Below, one piece after another: positions 51,091-64,000 of a stretch of 64,000 bases of DNA (position 1 is its first letter; each line of letters starts with the position of its first letter). Origin of the DNA: Phoronis australis. Lineage: Eukaryota > Animalia > Phoronida. Under the pieces are notes generated by a model that worked only from the letters and a program-made list of their open reading frames with translations, was not told the origin of the DNA and ran no database searches. Where the stretch lies: assembly GCA_002633005.1 (NCBI GenBank), contig NMRA01000439.1, positions 1 through 64,000 on the forward strand. The letters are read 5' to 3'. The position numbers were made by a program, and so were the translations under genes.

Positions 51091-54000
51091 TTTGCGCCAA
51101 GACTACCCTTAGGCCTAACTGGTCGCTGGCCACAAACACAAAAAACACGAAAATTGAACAAAGTTTCTTTTTTGTAGCAACGTTTGTCAAAATGTATCAA
51201 CGTTAAATCTTCACAAATTACAAAGTAGCCGATTGAACATGCCTTTCAGTTCAGCAAAAGTCGCCATGTTGTCGGTGCCGCCAGAAATGAGACGAAGTCC
51301 AACGGGAATTGTGAGCACATTTATCACTTAATGAGTAACAACTGCGAGGCTGAAATTTGGTGAACATTGTTAAATCGTGCAGAATAGTAAGTAAAGATAT
51401 GTGTAACTAAATTTCACCGTACTTTGTTAGCGAAAACAATTTACACAAAGTTTTAAACTGGTAACTTATCCCGCTGTCCTCCAATATGGCCGACGCGATC
51501 CAAACAAAGTGACCCAAATTTCGCCACAAAACTTGCAATAACTTTACACTGCTTGCCCCGATTTTGGTACTTTTCGATTTTTACTGATTAGAATGCACTA
51601 CCTTTCCGATGATAGCAAAGTACTTTTTCAAAACGAGAAAAAATTAAAACCGAAAAAAATAGGTTCGACCCATATTGGTTCCTAGGTTCGACCGGCCTAC
51701 GTAAGGAACTAAACACCAATGCTATTTCATTAACATACTAAGTACGCGTAACATTCCAAAAACTCAACGACCACTAACTAAAAACTATAAATACACTACA
51801 TATGCAAACGAATCACGAGATATTACTAACAAAACAAAATAATGAAGACTTTTCGAGCAAGCGATAGCACATTCAGTTACAAGGAAAAAATGGCGGCGTT
51901 CAGGACAAGTTCCTGAACTGATGAGCCGGAAATGTGGGTACGGAAATAACCGATGACAACCGGTAATCATACGCTCAGAGAGAAGGGTCAAATACTGTTC
52001 AAAACTCGCTTTTGGCAAGAAAGGCGAAAAGAATATAAAGAAAGGGTGTAGAAAATAAGATTTTATGTAGTAAGTATTTTCGGATACTGGAACCACATGG
52101 GCAGTTTGAGAGAAGGACTTTAACTCCTAATTCGATATTAAGAGACCTACTTGTTTATGGTCCACAGCGTTTGCGCGCGAAATCTTCTTTTTGTAATGCT
52201 TATTACATGTTTTGTATTTTGTGCAATCAGTTCGTAACAAATTTGTTGTATTTAAAATAGTCTTCAATTGCCCAAAATACCAAATCCGTTGTTTGCGTTG
52301 GCAATAATGACGCGATTGCTTTGGAAAGAGAGAATTATGAATTTCTGAGTGATTCACTAAGGCTTCGATTAAAATTGACATCTTACCAGCAGCTTCTATT
52401 TTTTCACCATCACTCAGATTCCATTTTCTTTAAAAAAATGAAGTAATTTTCTTCATTGCACAGTGGAGCAGACGACGGAAACGGAGTCGTAGTGCCCAGC
52501 GCTACATGCGGTCGCCTGAGATATCGCGGGAGAGCCTATACTTAGCCATAGTTCCGTTACGATTGCGGCGTGTTCCGAATTTGACATCTGAGCCCACCCN
52601 CCCCCCCCCCCCCAAATCCGCCTACGTATAATACTACAATCGTCTAAACAATAAATCTCGAATATCGCGATAACGGTAAGTTGCAGCCTGAAACGAGTTT
52701 CACAACGCTGAAAACGCTTGAAAAGATCTACCATATTACCAAATTTCACACAGATCCGTTAATGGACACCGAACATACGGCACAAAAACTCGATTAATTG
52801 GAGACCAGTCCTCGGAACTGGAGAAAGATAAGACCTAAAGAAAAACAAATGGCATATTTGCGATAGCACATGAAATAATCTATCTACGTAAAACAAATCA
52901 GAAAAATCCCCACCAGAAACAGTGGAGCTATGTCTCCGCAAACCAAAACACGGGAAATGGCCGCCACAGCGCCATCCTAGCTATCTTAAATTGCAAATAA
53001 TGCTCGAAGCTGAACAAAGTGCAACAAAGCTAATTCTGTTCTCCTGATCATATATAATATATTTAAACAAAAATTTTACAGTGATCAACACTGCAAGATT
53101 CATTATGGGTGCTATTGGGCCGGCAACTAGACTACGTTGTTAGACTAAGCGAGCGGGCTCGAATAAGGGCCGGAGGCGATAATTCAGGTTGTGGATCACA
53201 ATTGCGTGTTTTACTGGATATAATAGTCTAGGGACTACTTTTAGCTAACTATAAGTCAACACAACGTGTGAAAATTAATGTGTTACAAGGTTAACCGTTA
53301 GTAGTGGTGTTATATTTGAATGTCATTGCCGCAACATTATTCTTAATTGTTTGTAATGTTATGTTTGAAGAATAAATTATAAATTATTTATTAAAACTTA
53401 TAAAACACACCATGCAGTTGCTAACAACATTTAACAGTAAGGAAGCGCCGCGTTTGCAAAACTGACCTTCTTAAGAGCCGGATATTAAACAAGTGCCTGG
53501 TCAAAAACAAATTAGAAAAGACAAACCACCGCGCGCCAATACGCATTATTTACCATGTTATATTTGATTTGTTATTTTGCATGTAGTTGTTATAACTTAA
53601 TCTTGTAAAAGAAATTTTAACAGAAAAAAATAATACCAAAAATATAATGTCTCAATGAGTTAACATCTAGAACTAATGTGTATATTATTCCCAGGTCAAC
53701 ATGTATAAATTATGTTCACGTGTTTGATAGACTTAAAATTTTGCTTTTCGAGTGATTTATTTCGCAAGCAATTTGTGTTGGTCTTTGATGTCTAGTAGTT
53801 TTAATGGAAGTACGCGTGCGTATAACTATTTTTTATTAGTCATTTACTTTTTTAATCCGAAAAGTGCACTCAGTGCAAAGTTGTAACTTTCAGGCGGGGT
53901 GACATTGTGCAAGGATGTTTGAAGTTATTCAAAAGTAGAGTGTCTGTAAACAGACCGGTTTACACGTAGGCGTATGTACATGATTTAATATATGGTTAGT

Positions 54001-57000
54001 ACGCCCTCGTCCCATCGCTGTAATCGTCAAGTCCGGTTGATCAAGATCCGGTTATGTTCAACGCTTTAAGTTTATAACAATCAAGGTATTGTCCCTACAG
54101 GGCGTACTTACCTTTCCTCTCACAATAGGCGAAGCTCGCGTAACTTTATTCAAGATTTGTCTTTGTGTGCTCGCCACTAGAGCAAGTGACGACGTTTCAA
54201 TACACTGTTTCCATTCGATGTCATTCGTGTACATTCTGATTGTAATCGTGAAAATTGTTCAATGCGCTTCAACAGTCACTAATCGGTAGCCAGAGCCGTG
54301 TCGTCGACAATTACATTTGCTTCGTGAGCCGAATGACTGGAAGCAATGACCCGCTAGCTGTTGTTATTCCCTTGAACAAAGCTGTACACTATGCGGGACA
54401 TTAAAAGTGCTTAGTTTCCAAATCCACATAAATAAAGAGAAAAAAAAAACAGCTGTCAAAGGAGAACACCCGCAAACAATATCTGACGACATTTCAATGA
54501 ACTGAGTTAAAGAAATGTTAAATTGAAGTCGCGTTTCTTAAGTTTCTCGTTTTGGGACATTGAATGAGCGGTTGTCACTACGCAGTGCTATAAAGGAAGG
54601 TATAATGTTGCAAACAATTTAGTCATTAATTGTCAAAACAAAGTAAAATGGTGGTTTTAAGTAAAATGTCAATCTCGTTAAAAAGGCGAGCAGGGTCAGC
54701 CATTTCAATTCACTTGACAACAGATTCTAACCATTTCAGTGGCGGCTCGCATTCCTCGCCAAGGTATCGAGCTTACTCGCGAGACCTTCGCGTGATTATG
54801 AGTGTCCTCTCATGATGTCGCCAGTCTTGCAAGAAACTTTCTCTACGGAAAGCCCACCCATCTGCGTCTTGTTAAAGAAATATACATATTCCTCAAAAAA
54901 TCGAAACAAAAATAGCATGTTTATATTTTCTTGTATTTTGTTTTACTGGTACATCCACTGCATTTCAAGCCATAATGTACACAACAATTTTACAATACTT
55001 ATTCTGATAGTCAGTAATAAATAGAAGTGCATAAATACATACACAGCAAAAATCACTGATGATAATATATTCTCTTGTGAACCAATTATACAGTCTCATA
55101 TACCAATGTTAGCACCATTTTGGTGCCGTGGCCTGGAAACAGACAAGTTTGATATTGCTGCTGCACAATTCTGCTTTGTTAATATTTTACCTAAATTCAC
55201 CTATCAATCAAAAAACAATACACAGTTTCCAAGGTAACAAATTTCAGTGACTGCATATATTTGTACACCTTCAAACATTATCCATATTATCTATAAACAA
55301 TTTACATCTTTCAGCAAATCACAGTGAAACTGCACCTTACCTTCCAAGTCACAACCGTGAGACACTTATACCATAAGTATCAGGTAGCAGCAGACTGAAA
55401 AGAGACATCTTATTCGCGTTTACACATACTTTGCACCTCCAGATACAATTAACATTATTTTATCGGTGTAAACAACATAGGGGGTACCATTTACATGTTA
55501 CAGCGCTTCTAAAGATATTTCATACATTCACCTGGTTTCACAATGCCATAATTAGGAAAAATAATGTATCATTTCCACATACTGACAATGACATTGACTC
55601 GCCTGTGCTTGAACAGTTGTTTAGGCCAGGTTCAAGGACTTGCACAATACCTAGCTTCAGTATGCACCGTAAACACTTTTCGTCAATACTGTTATGTACA
55701 CCAGGGGGTCAGGAATTTGGTTACACTCCACACAACTATTTCTGAAAAATAATTAAATCTCACTTAAGCAAAACTGCAAAACCTCCTAGAAAAAGTCACC
55801 CAACTGCAAGTTATTGAGATAATTTCTGTAAATTATCTCCAGAGTGTGATGTGCTAAGAATTTCTTGGCTGAATATTTTTCAGCAATTGAGAAGTGGGAG
55901 TCTATGACCAAACTTCCGCCTCGAGTCTTAAGTCCCTTTCACGAAACAGATCCCTGGAATTATGCGACCTTATTATCAAAAAATAATAACAGTGCACAAG
56001 TATCAGTTGGCTTTCTGCAGTGATATCAAACTACTCACTAAGAATTCTTAGATATAAATGAAAAATACAACAACAAGACGAGTTAATCTATTGCACAAAA
56101 TGAAATTACAAACAAAATATCAGATTTCAACATGTGCAAATCAAACTTGTAACTATGATATAAACGTGACTGCATTCACTATTTACAGAGGCAACAACAT
56201 GTTATGGCAACACAACTTATTTTAGAAACAACAGTTTCATGCAAAACCCTGCATTCAGTCTATGGCAGCCGAGTTTAACTAGTGTGCAAAATCTACTACT
56301 CCCCTGTCAATGTCCATAACACTTTAAAGTTATACCAAGACTTCCATGGTTAAGTCCAGTAACTCACCATTGCCTGAAAAGGATTGTGCCAAGGTAATAG
56401 TCATATTTAATACCTAAACAGCACTCAACAGACCTTTAATTTGCAGTCCTACTTCTTTTGACCATTAGACCTCCCTATCTCTCTTGACATCCTTGCATCA
56501 CTTGAACACACCATGGAAAGCCCAATGTTTTTTACTCTAATAATCACGTTTTACTGGACAAGTAACAACATAAATCACAGAACCAACAATTCACATTCAG
56601 TTGCACAATTCACAATGTGAAATCAGCAAACTGTGAAAATCAATCATATTGACATTCATTAAATTACTTTTTGCAAATTATCATAAACCGATATCATGAA
56701 TTTCATGATGGTACATTCTGACTTATCATAAAGCATACAAAATGCCACAAAACCACTGGGGAGGATTTTACCAAAGGATGCAAACAAGCCCTCAACTAAG
56801 ATGGTGGTAACTTCAACTTCAGTTTACGCACAGTTCATAAACGTGACTCGGGAATATGGTCATTAAGTTGGTTGCAATGTTAGGGTACAAGAAAACACAA
56901 CACTGCCCTTGGAATAACGTGCCTGCAACTGTGTCAGCTGCGACCGGATTAGCACCCTTTTACAAACCCAGCACCTCAATGTGGGGTATTGTGTCCCAAG

Positions 57001-58459
57001 CCTCACCTAACATCTTCCCCAACTAGCGTCAAAATTTTGAGTACGACAAAATCACCTATTTCAGACAAAAATAAATGCCGACATTGCATTTTTTCATTTT
57101 TCCACGGTTCCTAACTTAGTTGTAAATGTCCTCAATTTTTCTACATACTGACACCTGGTAGCAACGGTACAGAACTTGGATATGACAAAGAATCCCTCCA
57201 GTACTGTATATCACTTAAGAAAAAATGAGAAATAAATGATCACCTGACCACCATACTACGCCCTCTATTGGTGAAATTATACCATAAAGTGCACCCTGTG
57301 TGGAAATCAAGCAGTTTGAGTAGAACTCAACATCAATAAGAGCAACTATTTTGAACCCAGCGTTTGGAGCTGGGAGTCTTGACAGTCTATGCAGAAAGAG
57401 GTAACACCAGCGCCACCTTTGGAGTGACAGCAGACACTGTCAAGAGTTAATTACTTCTGATAATTCTTGATAGTAGAAGAGGCAATCAAGCGGGACATTG
57501 CAGGCCAGCCTCGACTCTTCGGTAGCTCTCCTAAGTTGACATGAGTCACAAATGCCGTCACTCCAGGAGCCAAGAATTCTAAGCTACAGTCTTCTCTTTG
57601 CCAAAAACAAAACTAACATTTTTCCCATCAACAAAAAATGGAGAAGAGTCTGATAAAAGAAAAACCTTTGACAGCGTTGCATTTTCCTTTTGAGGATGGG
57701 GGAGAAATTTCCGAGTCAAAACTGATGATAGTTCTTCAGAGGCATACCTATATCCCAATTTGGTCGAGTATCCTGGCAAAGCCTCAATGACACATTCTAA
57801 GTAGCTCCAGAAATAGATGAAATATGTAGCAAGAAAATGTTCATCTCCACATTAATCCGTTTGGTTGCATAAATATGAATAAGTACAAAAAGGCCACTTG
57901 GACTCAAAACAAATGATATAGCCCTCTCCCCATGACGGTTGGGCTTGATACAGTTCGAGTTTGATTCCTTTGAATTACGCTATTTACAAGTCTTCATATC
58001 ACTATTAGATCATGACATACAAACAAAAGAAATGTATTAATACACTGCACCAATTGTGAATGACCACACAAATGATTTATCCAACACACGAACGTGACAG
58101 TTTTCTTTTTTAACTCTCTCCTATAGAAAGATCTACACCCTCATCTGCAATAATGACATCTACACTAATATTCCTTTTTGACGTCTTTTTCAATGTCAGC
58201 CAAATTTCATTGACCTTTTCACAGGTAGGGATGTGGGTCATCCCAATCAAAATGAAACCAACCAATGAAAACACAGAACACACACACTTACAGCCAACAG
58301 GGGGCCTGGATGACATACACTCCACATACCACCAACCATAGAAAGGTCACTAGCACAGATTCCTATTACAGCCTCAGTCATCATAATCACACTGCACTTC
58401 ACAAGTACTATTACATTAAACATCTATACAGCATTGTTTTCTGGTCTCTTTACACTACA

Positions 58460-61400
58460 TTGTGACTTTTGGTATTCACCATGTCTCACCACTTTCAGAA
58501 ACCACCTCAGTGGTATCCAACATTGATACCTGCGAAGAACCATGAACGTAGCAGCCATTCTGTCTCACATTTTTGCTGAAATGCCTTTGGCATAACCAAC
58601 TTGATTGCTACAAATTCCCGACGAAACAACCATGTAATTCTGTCCATCCCAATTCTAACCCCAGGAGGGTCACGTACACCCAGGCACCATTGAACACTGC
58701 AATGATTTCACCTTTTGCGGTAAACGGCATGGTACCGTCATAGAACAATTTGAGTGCCTTCGTGTCAGACGATCCAATTTCATGCCTTCATCCATTCTTC
58801 TAACGAAGGCACAAGCAGTATGTTCCCGAGGCCTAACACATGTGAGTGATTAATTCCAATGCCGGCGTGAACTTCAATCAGAAACAAGTGAACTACACAC
58901 CACTTTCCTGAGGAGACTAGACAGACCACGCCACATTTAACGTTTGCAAACCGCGCCACAGTTAACATCTGCTAACCTTCCTCTTGTTCACCAATCTGCT
59001 CAGTGGGTAGTAATGATGTACCACAGATAGCTGCTATAAACAGTCACCTGTATTGATAAAGTGACTTGTTACAGTCACTACGTGAAATAGAATCAATTCA
59101 TGTCATGACATCACTTTAGGAGGTAAGCACCATTCAGTAATATATCACCAGGCGGCGTGACTGTACCAGACTGTCCTGTACCAGTCTACCCTTCGTGTTG
59201 GGCAGCGGACATTCTAGAATACTGTGACCAGGTATGTACAATTTGGATGTCTTTGTCTGGTATCCGGCGCACCTTTAACGAGCCGTCGGCACCGCAGGAG
59301 AACAGGTGGTTGCTGGCGGCGATGCCTGCCTGTAGTACCCCCGAGGCACTTTTGTTGAACAGTGTGCTCTTGGCGTGTTCCCCCGTGAAGGCACGTAGCA
59401 GGTTGTGCACTCCCAGGCCCCAAATCTACAGGAAAAAGTTACAGTTGTAAGCTGTGTCGTGTGCAGTTCAAATTTAGCACACCTTGGGACCGAGGCAAAA
59501 TGCCTACGATTTATACAATTTAGCTTGTACGCTTTGAAGCAAGGAACACAGAGAAACACTAATAAATTGTACTGCATTGGAGATTTAACTTATCAGAGAC
59601 TTTAGACTTCTAACATCCTGATTTAGCTTACAATTAGAAAAGTCAGAAGCACAAAAATTCTTGCGAAATTAAAGTTCTGATCGTGTCCACTCCTCGCCCG
59701 CCATACCTTTATATCACCATCTGGCGAACCAGTCACAAAGTACTCCTCGCATGGGTCAAGGGCGAGACACCGAACAGCCGACTCGTGCGCTGTAAAGGTG
59801 TGCAGCTGTTTACGTTGGCGGATGTCGAAGATGCAGATGTCGCCCTTCTTGCCGCCACTGATCAATAGCTGGTGTTGTGGTGCAAACACCACAGCCTGGC
59901 TCCCGTGTTCATGACACGTGAAAGCTGCAGAGAACAACAACAGATGTACGCAAGACTGGTTGATCGAGGCGTCAAGAAAAAAACGAGTCAGAAATTNTTG
60001 TGACTTTTGGTATTCACCATGTCTCACCACTTTCAGAAACCACCTCAGTGGTATCCAACATTGATACCTGCGAAGAACCATGAATGTAGCAGCCATTCTG
60101 TCTCACATTTTTGCTGAAATGCCTTTGGCATAACCAGCTTGATTGCTACAAATTCCCGACGAAACAACCATGTAATTCTGTCCATCCCAATTCTAACCGC
60201 AGGAGGGTCACGTACACCCAGGCACCATTGAACACTGCAATGATTTCACCTTTTGCGGTGAACGGCATGGTACCGTCATAGAACAATTTGAGCGCCTTCG
60301 TGTCAGACGATTCAATTTCATGCCTTCATCCATTCTTCTAACGAAGGCACAAGCAGTATGTTCACATGCGAGTGATTAATTCCAATGCAGGCGTGAACTT
60401 CAATCAGAAACAAGTGAACTACACACCACTTTCCTGAGGAGACTAGACAGACCATGCCACATTTAACGTTTGCAAACCGCGCCACAGTTAACGTCTGCTA
60501 ACCTTCCTCTTGTTCACCAATCTGCTCAGTGGGTAGTAATGATGTACCACAGATAGCTGCTATAAACAGTCACCTGTATTGATAAAGTGACTTGTTACAG
60601 TCACTACGTGACATAGAATCAATCCATGTCATGACATCACTTTAGGAGGTAAGCACCATTCAGTAATATATCACCAGGCGGCGTGACTGTACCAGACTGT
60701 CCTGTACCAGTCTACCCTTCGTGTTGGGCAGCGGACATCCTAGAATACTGTGACCAGGTATGTACAATCTGGATGTCTTTGTCTGGTATCCGGCGCACCT
60801 TTAACGAGCCGTCGGCACCGCAGGAGAACAGGTGGTTACTGGCGGCGATGCCTGCCTGTAGTACACCCGAGGCACTTTTGTTGAACAGTGTGCTCTTGGC
60901 GTGTTCCCCCGTGAAGGCACGTAGCAGGTTGTGCACTCCCAGGCCCCAAATCTACAGGAAAAAGTCGACAGTTGTAAGCTGTGTCGAGTGCAGTTCAAAT
61001 TTAGCACACCTTGGGACCGAGGCAAAATGCCTACGATTTATACAATTTAGCTTGTACGCTTTGAAGCAAGGAACAGAGAGAAACACTAATAAATTGTACT
61101 GCATTGGAGATTTAACTTATCAGAGACTTTAGACTTCTAACATCCTGATTTAGCTTACAATTAGAAAAGTCAGAAGCAAAAAAATTCTTGCAAAATTAAA
61201 GTTCTGATCGTGTCCACTCCTCGCCCGCCATACCTTTATATCACCATCTGGCGAACCAGTCACAAAGTACTCCTCGCATGGGTCAAGGGCGAGACACCGA
61301 ACAGCCGACTCGTGCGCTGTAAAGGTGTGCAGCTGTTTACGTTGGCGGATGTCGAAGATGCAGATGTCGCCCTTCTTGCCGCCACTGATCAATAGCTGGT

Positions 61401-61523
61401 GTTGTGGTGCAAACACCACAGCCTGGCTCCCGTGTTCATGACACGTGAAAGCTGCAGAGAACAACAACAGATGTACGCAAGACTGGTTGATCGAGGCTTC
61501 AAGAAAAAAACGAGTCAGAAATT
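58460..61523. repeat. ~1.53-kb near-identical tandem duplication (58460-59996 / 59998-61523) split by a single n
   Basis: Both copies start ttgtgacttttggtattcacc and end cgagtcagaaatt; scattered SNPs and small indels. Confidence 0.95.
59186..59924 (-). CDS. DMXL2: Second copy of the last two DMXL exons (59924-59707, 59425-59186); likely an allelic or assembly duplicate
   Basis: Same protein as 61451-60712; lies in a 1.5-kb block duplicated across the 'n' at 59997. Confidence 0.7.
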
Positions 61524-63162
61524 TCGCCTCAAACTCAACATGACCGTTTCCTACTAGACAGCTCAAGAACAAAAAGGCTTAGCCAACAATCAGTTATAAC
61601 ATCACAGGCAAGCCCTGTCAAACACTGCAATGACATCTGTGGATTCTAGCATCCCAAGAGAGTTCCCATAAGCTCGGAATGACACGCACTCTGTGTAGCC
61701 ATGTGTCATTCCAACCTTATGAGAGGACTCCGAAAAAGCTAGAATCTGCAGAAGCCAAAGTAGTGTTCAATACAGCACTCGCACAAAAGAAAATTTGCTG
61801 CCAACATACACACGGGTAACATGGTAATGAGTCAACAAATGGCAGAGTACACACCTTGGACGCAGGCACTTCGCATTGGTAGTAACGTATCCCATAGTGC
61901 TACATTTTTGCTCTCAGAAGAGTGGCCTGATGTCGCGATGAGACTAGACGAGCCAACGAAGGAGAAGTCACTGGTCGACTTGTTGTGACATTGTAGACTC
62001 TGGTAAGACAAATCACACTGTCAACACATTGTTCGTAATAAAAAATACGACAAAATCTCACGAATTTAGAACACAATGAGGCAGACAGGTGAAATTTTAT
62101 TTTCTCATTTTTTTAAGTGAAGTAAAGCACCAAAATGATGCTATACCATAGCTTGCAACAGTCAATATTTTGATAAATTGTGGAGATCCATAAGAATGTT
62201 AGAAGCCCTTGAAAAAATGAACCAAAATGTGCAATTTTGGACATTATTTTTGTCTGAAATTGGAGAATTTACAGTAACTAAAGCTTCTGTGTTAGTCTTT
62301 ACACTCTCATTTCTGTGACTACCCTAGTTTTGAATTTACATGCCGTCTCATGGCTACTTGTAATATCTCCTACCAGTGTTTCTTAAGTCTCCATTTAAAC
62401 CTCTCACTGTTTACAAGCCAACTGAGAGTTTAAGTCAGTTCTTTGTTTTGGTAAAACATTGAGCGTAATGCATAGCAGGATTAGAGCTAACAGAATTTAA
62501 GACATTTGCACCTAAGTACAACCTGTTAAACCTGCCTCCCGTTCAGTAACGCTAGGACCTCGCTAAAAAGCAAGACTTCGCGAGATTACGTGAGATATTA
62601 CCGTGTATTCTAAATAAGAACACGTGACTTTGACTAGGTTTTAGCTAGGTCCTAGCGTAGGTCCTAGCGTCTACTGAACGCACGCCAGGTTCACAGTTAC
62701 CTTAACCGTGACCAGGGACTGCAACTTCCTCCTAGTTACGATCCGGTGTTACTTCCAGTTACGGGAAGAACAGTCATGTGATCGAGGGCCTCAGCTGGAG
62801 GCTTGAAACGTTATGCTCAACTAACTAAACCTCTCCTAGTAAGTAACTTCTCTCTCGTTTTTAATCGTAATCACAGGAGACAACGACGAACGCTTTTAAC
62901 CATACTTTAAAGTCATCTAGAATCAAAGCACGTTTCATTGACTTAAGTCACCAGCATGTCTGGAAACAGTTATTGAATAACACCAGATGAGAGAACCAGT
63001 TGTGGGTGAAATCGCCAAATGAAAGCAGGGTTCGGTATCGCGCTAGCAAGAGTAAGTCCTGAGATGTACATGGATGCTACTCACCAGGAATGGTGTGCTG
63101 AGGCTGCTCCCATAACCCACCTGCCACAGACAGAGGGCGCCCTCTCCATCGCTGGCCCCAAA
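60712..63162 (-). CDS. DMXL2: DmX-like protein / Rabconnectin-3alpha, last four coding exons (C-terminal WD40 repeats); upstream exons lie beyond the right edge
   Basis: Exons 63162-63085 (FGASDGEGALCLWQVG), 61999-61855 (SLQCHNKSTSDFSFVGSSSLIATSGHSSESKNVALWDTLLP), 61451-61234 (AFTCHEHG...LLISGGKKGDICIFDIRQR...FVTGSPDGDIK), 60951-60712 (IWGL...EHAKS...LFSCGADGSLK); phases consistent; recognised as the DMXL1/2 C-terminus. Confidence 0.92.
62529..62691 (+). mobile_element. ~165-bp MITE (four copies in window: ~9552-9690, ~20027-20178 inverted, ~50933-51090, 62529-62691)
   Basis: Imperfect TIR gttcagtaacgctaggacct / aggtcctagcgtctactgaac; core gcaagacttcgcgagattacgtgagatatt. Confidence 0.85.
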
Positions 63163-64000
63163 CTGAAACAGGAAGGCGCCTATGAGCACATCAAGATTCA
63201 CTGGGAGTCATTACTCAGAGGCAACCGGAACGGAAAAAACACAAAACCGTGCAGCTAAACGGTGTAACATTTGAAATACTTTACAGAGACCACAGAGCAC
63301 GTATAAGTAAACCAATGAACATCATTTGGGACCAAAAAGCATAGTGGATTCTAATCGCTGCCCCCCAACTTATTTTGACACCTGTGCCCGCTCGCATCAA
63401 TTTCAGTCAAGGTGTCGAGTTTTTTCTTGAAAAGCTGCACAAAGCCACATCAGCAACTTTGAAACACCACCTTTGTCCGAAACTGGTCAGACCATACTTC
63501 GCGTGTCATTTGACGTATCCAAGTGTTCAGTGAACTAAATCGTTTTTTCTTGTATTGCTCAAGCCTTTCAAGGACTATCAGGACAGTCCGGTAACAATAT
63601 CCATTAAAGAAAGATTTTAACGTAACAGACTGTTTTTTTTTAATCTTATTATGTTAAGGACTCAAAATTTATCAGGTAGTACAAATAAAATACTAAGGTC
63701 TTGCTAACATCAATCACCTGTATTCAGGTAATAACATGGAGTTCTTATACCATCACCGTGTTGTTAGGTATTCCTGCTAGGGGGGCAGTTTTGAGTTTTT
63801 CCGAGAGTTCTAGTTGGTCGGTGATGATGGTGAGCGGATGTGTGTGATGAATTGTTATCTGAACACTGAGGCTGGACTTTCTAATGTTTTGTTTATGTAC
63901 TTTCAAAGTACCGAGCGGTTATTTTTGTTAATGTGGTGGGCATTTGCAACGGTGTGGACAGTAGCGTCTGGTGCATAGAACTTGTTTGCTTTATTTTGGT

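Noticed and set aside
52458-52466. CACAGTG (Transib/RSS heptamer-like) terminus
   Set aside because: No matching opposite end, nonamer or TSD was seen; the nearby poly-C with an n at 52600 is an assembly gap
53690-54290. Candidate terminal exons for the TSR gene
   Set aside because: Several equally weak acceptors exist and none can be chosen without transcripts
59157-61395. Plus-strand ORFs MTVPDCP... and MSTPRPP...
   Set aside because: They are antisense shadows of the DMXL exons

Overview
This is eukaryotic, intron-rich, AT-rich animal DNA, most likely from a marine invertebrate. It is not prokaryotic, and most entries in the six-frame ORF track are not genes. Reading splice sites by hand gave three genes. 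(1) A minus-strand gene (23161 to beyond the left edge, at least 14 phase-consistent coding exons) encodes a large secreted protein: signal peptide, EMI domain, EGF-like/Cys-rich modules, then repeated Fn3/Ig-like 'D-x-ESGI-x-x-Y' modules. (2) A divergent plus-strand gene (about 35918-48368) encodes a small secreted protein with two atypical thrombospondin type-1-like exons. (3) The 3' end of DMXL/Rabconnectin-3alpha (WD40) lies on the minus strand. Its last two exons appear twice around an 'n', probably as two haplotypes joined by the assembly. The introns and intergenic DNA are dense with non-autonomous elements. These include a pearl/HINE (Helentron)-like array of ~144-bp monomers that each carry a CTCF-like motif, a 3x ~1.1-kb tandem element, nested MITEs with a target-site duplication, a 5'-truncated LINE with a long flanking direct repeat, a hAT transposase relic, tRNA-derived SINE-like heads and microsatellites. 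All calls were made by eye, with no database searches.
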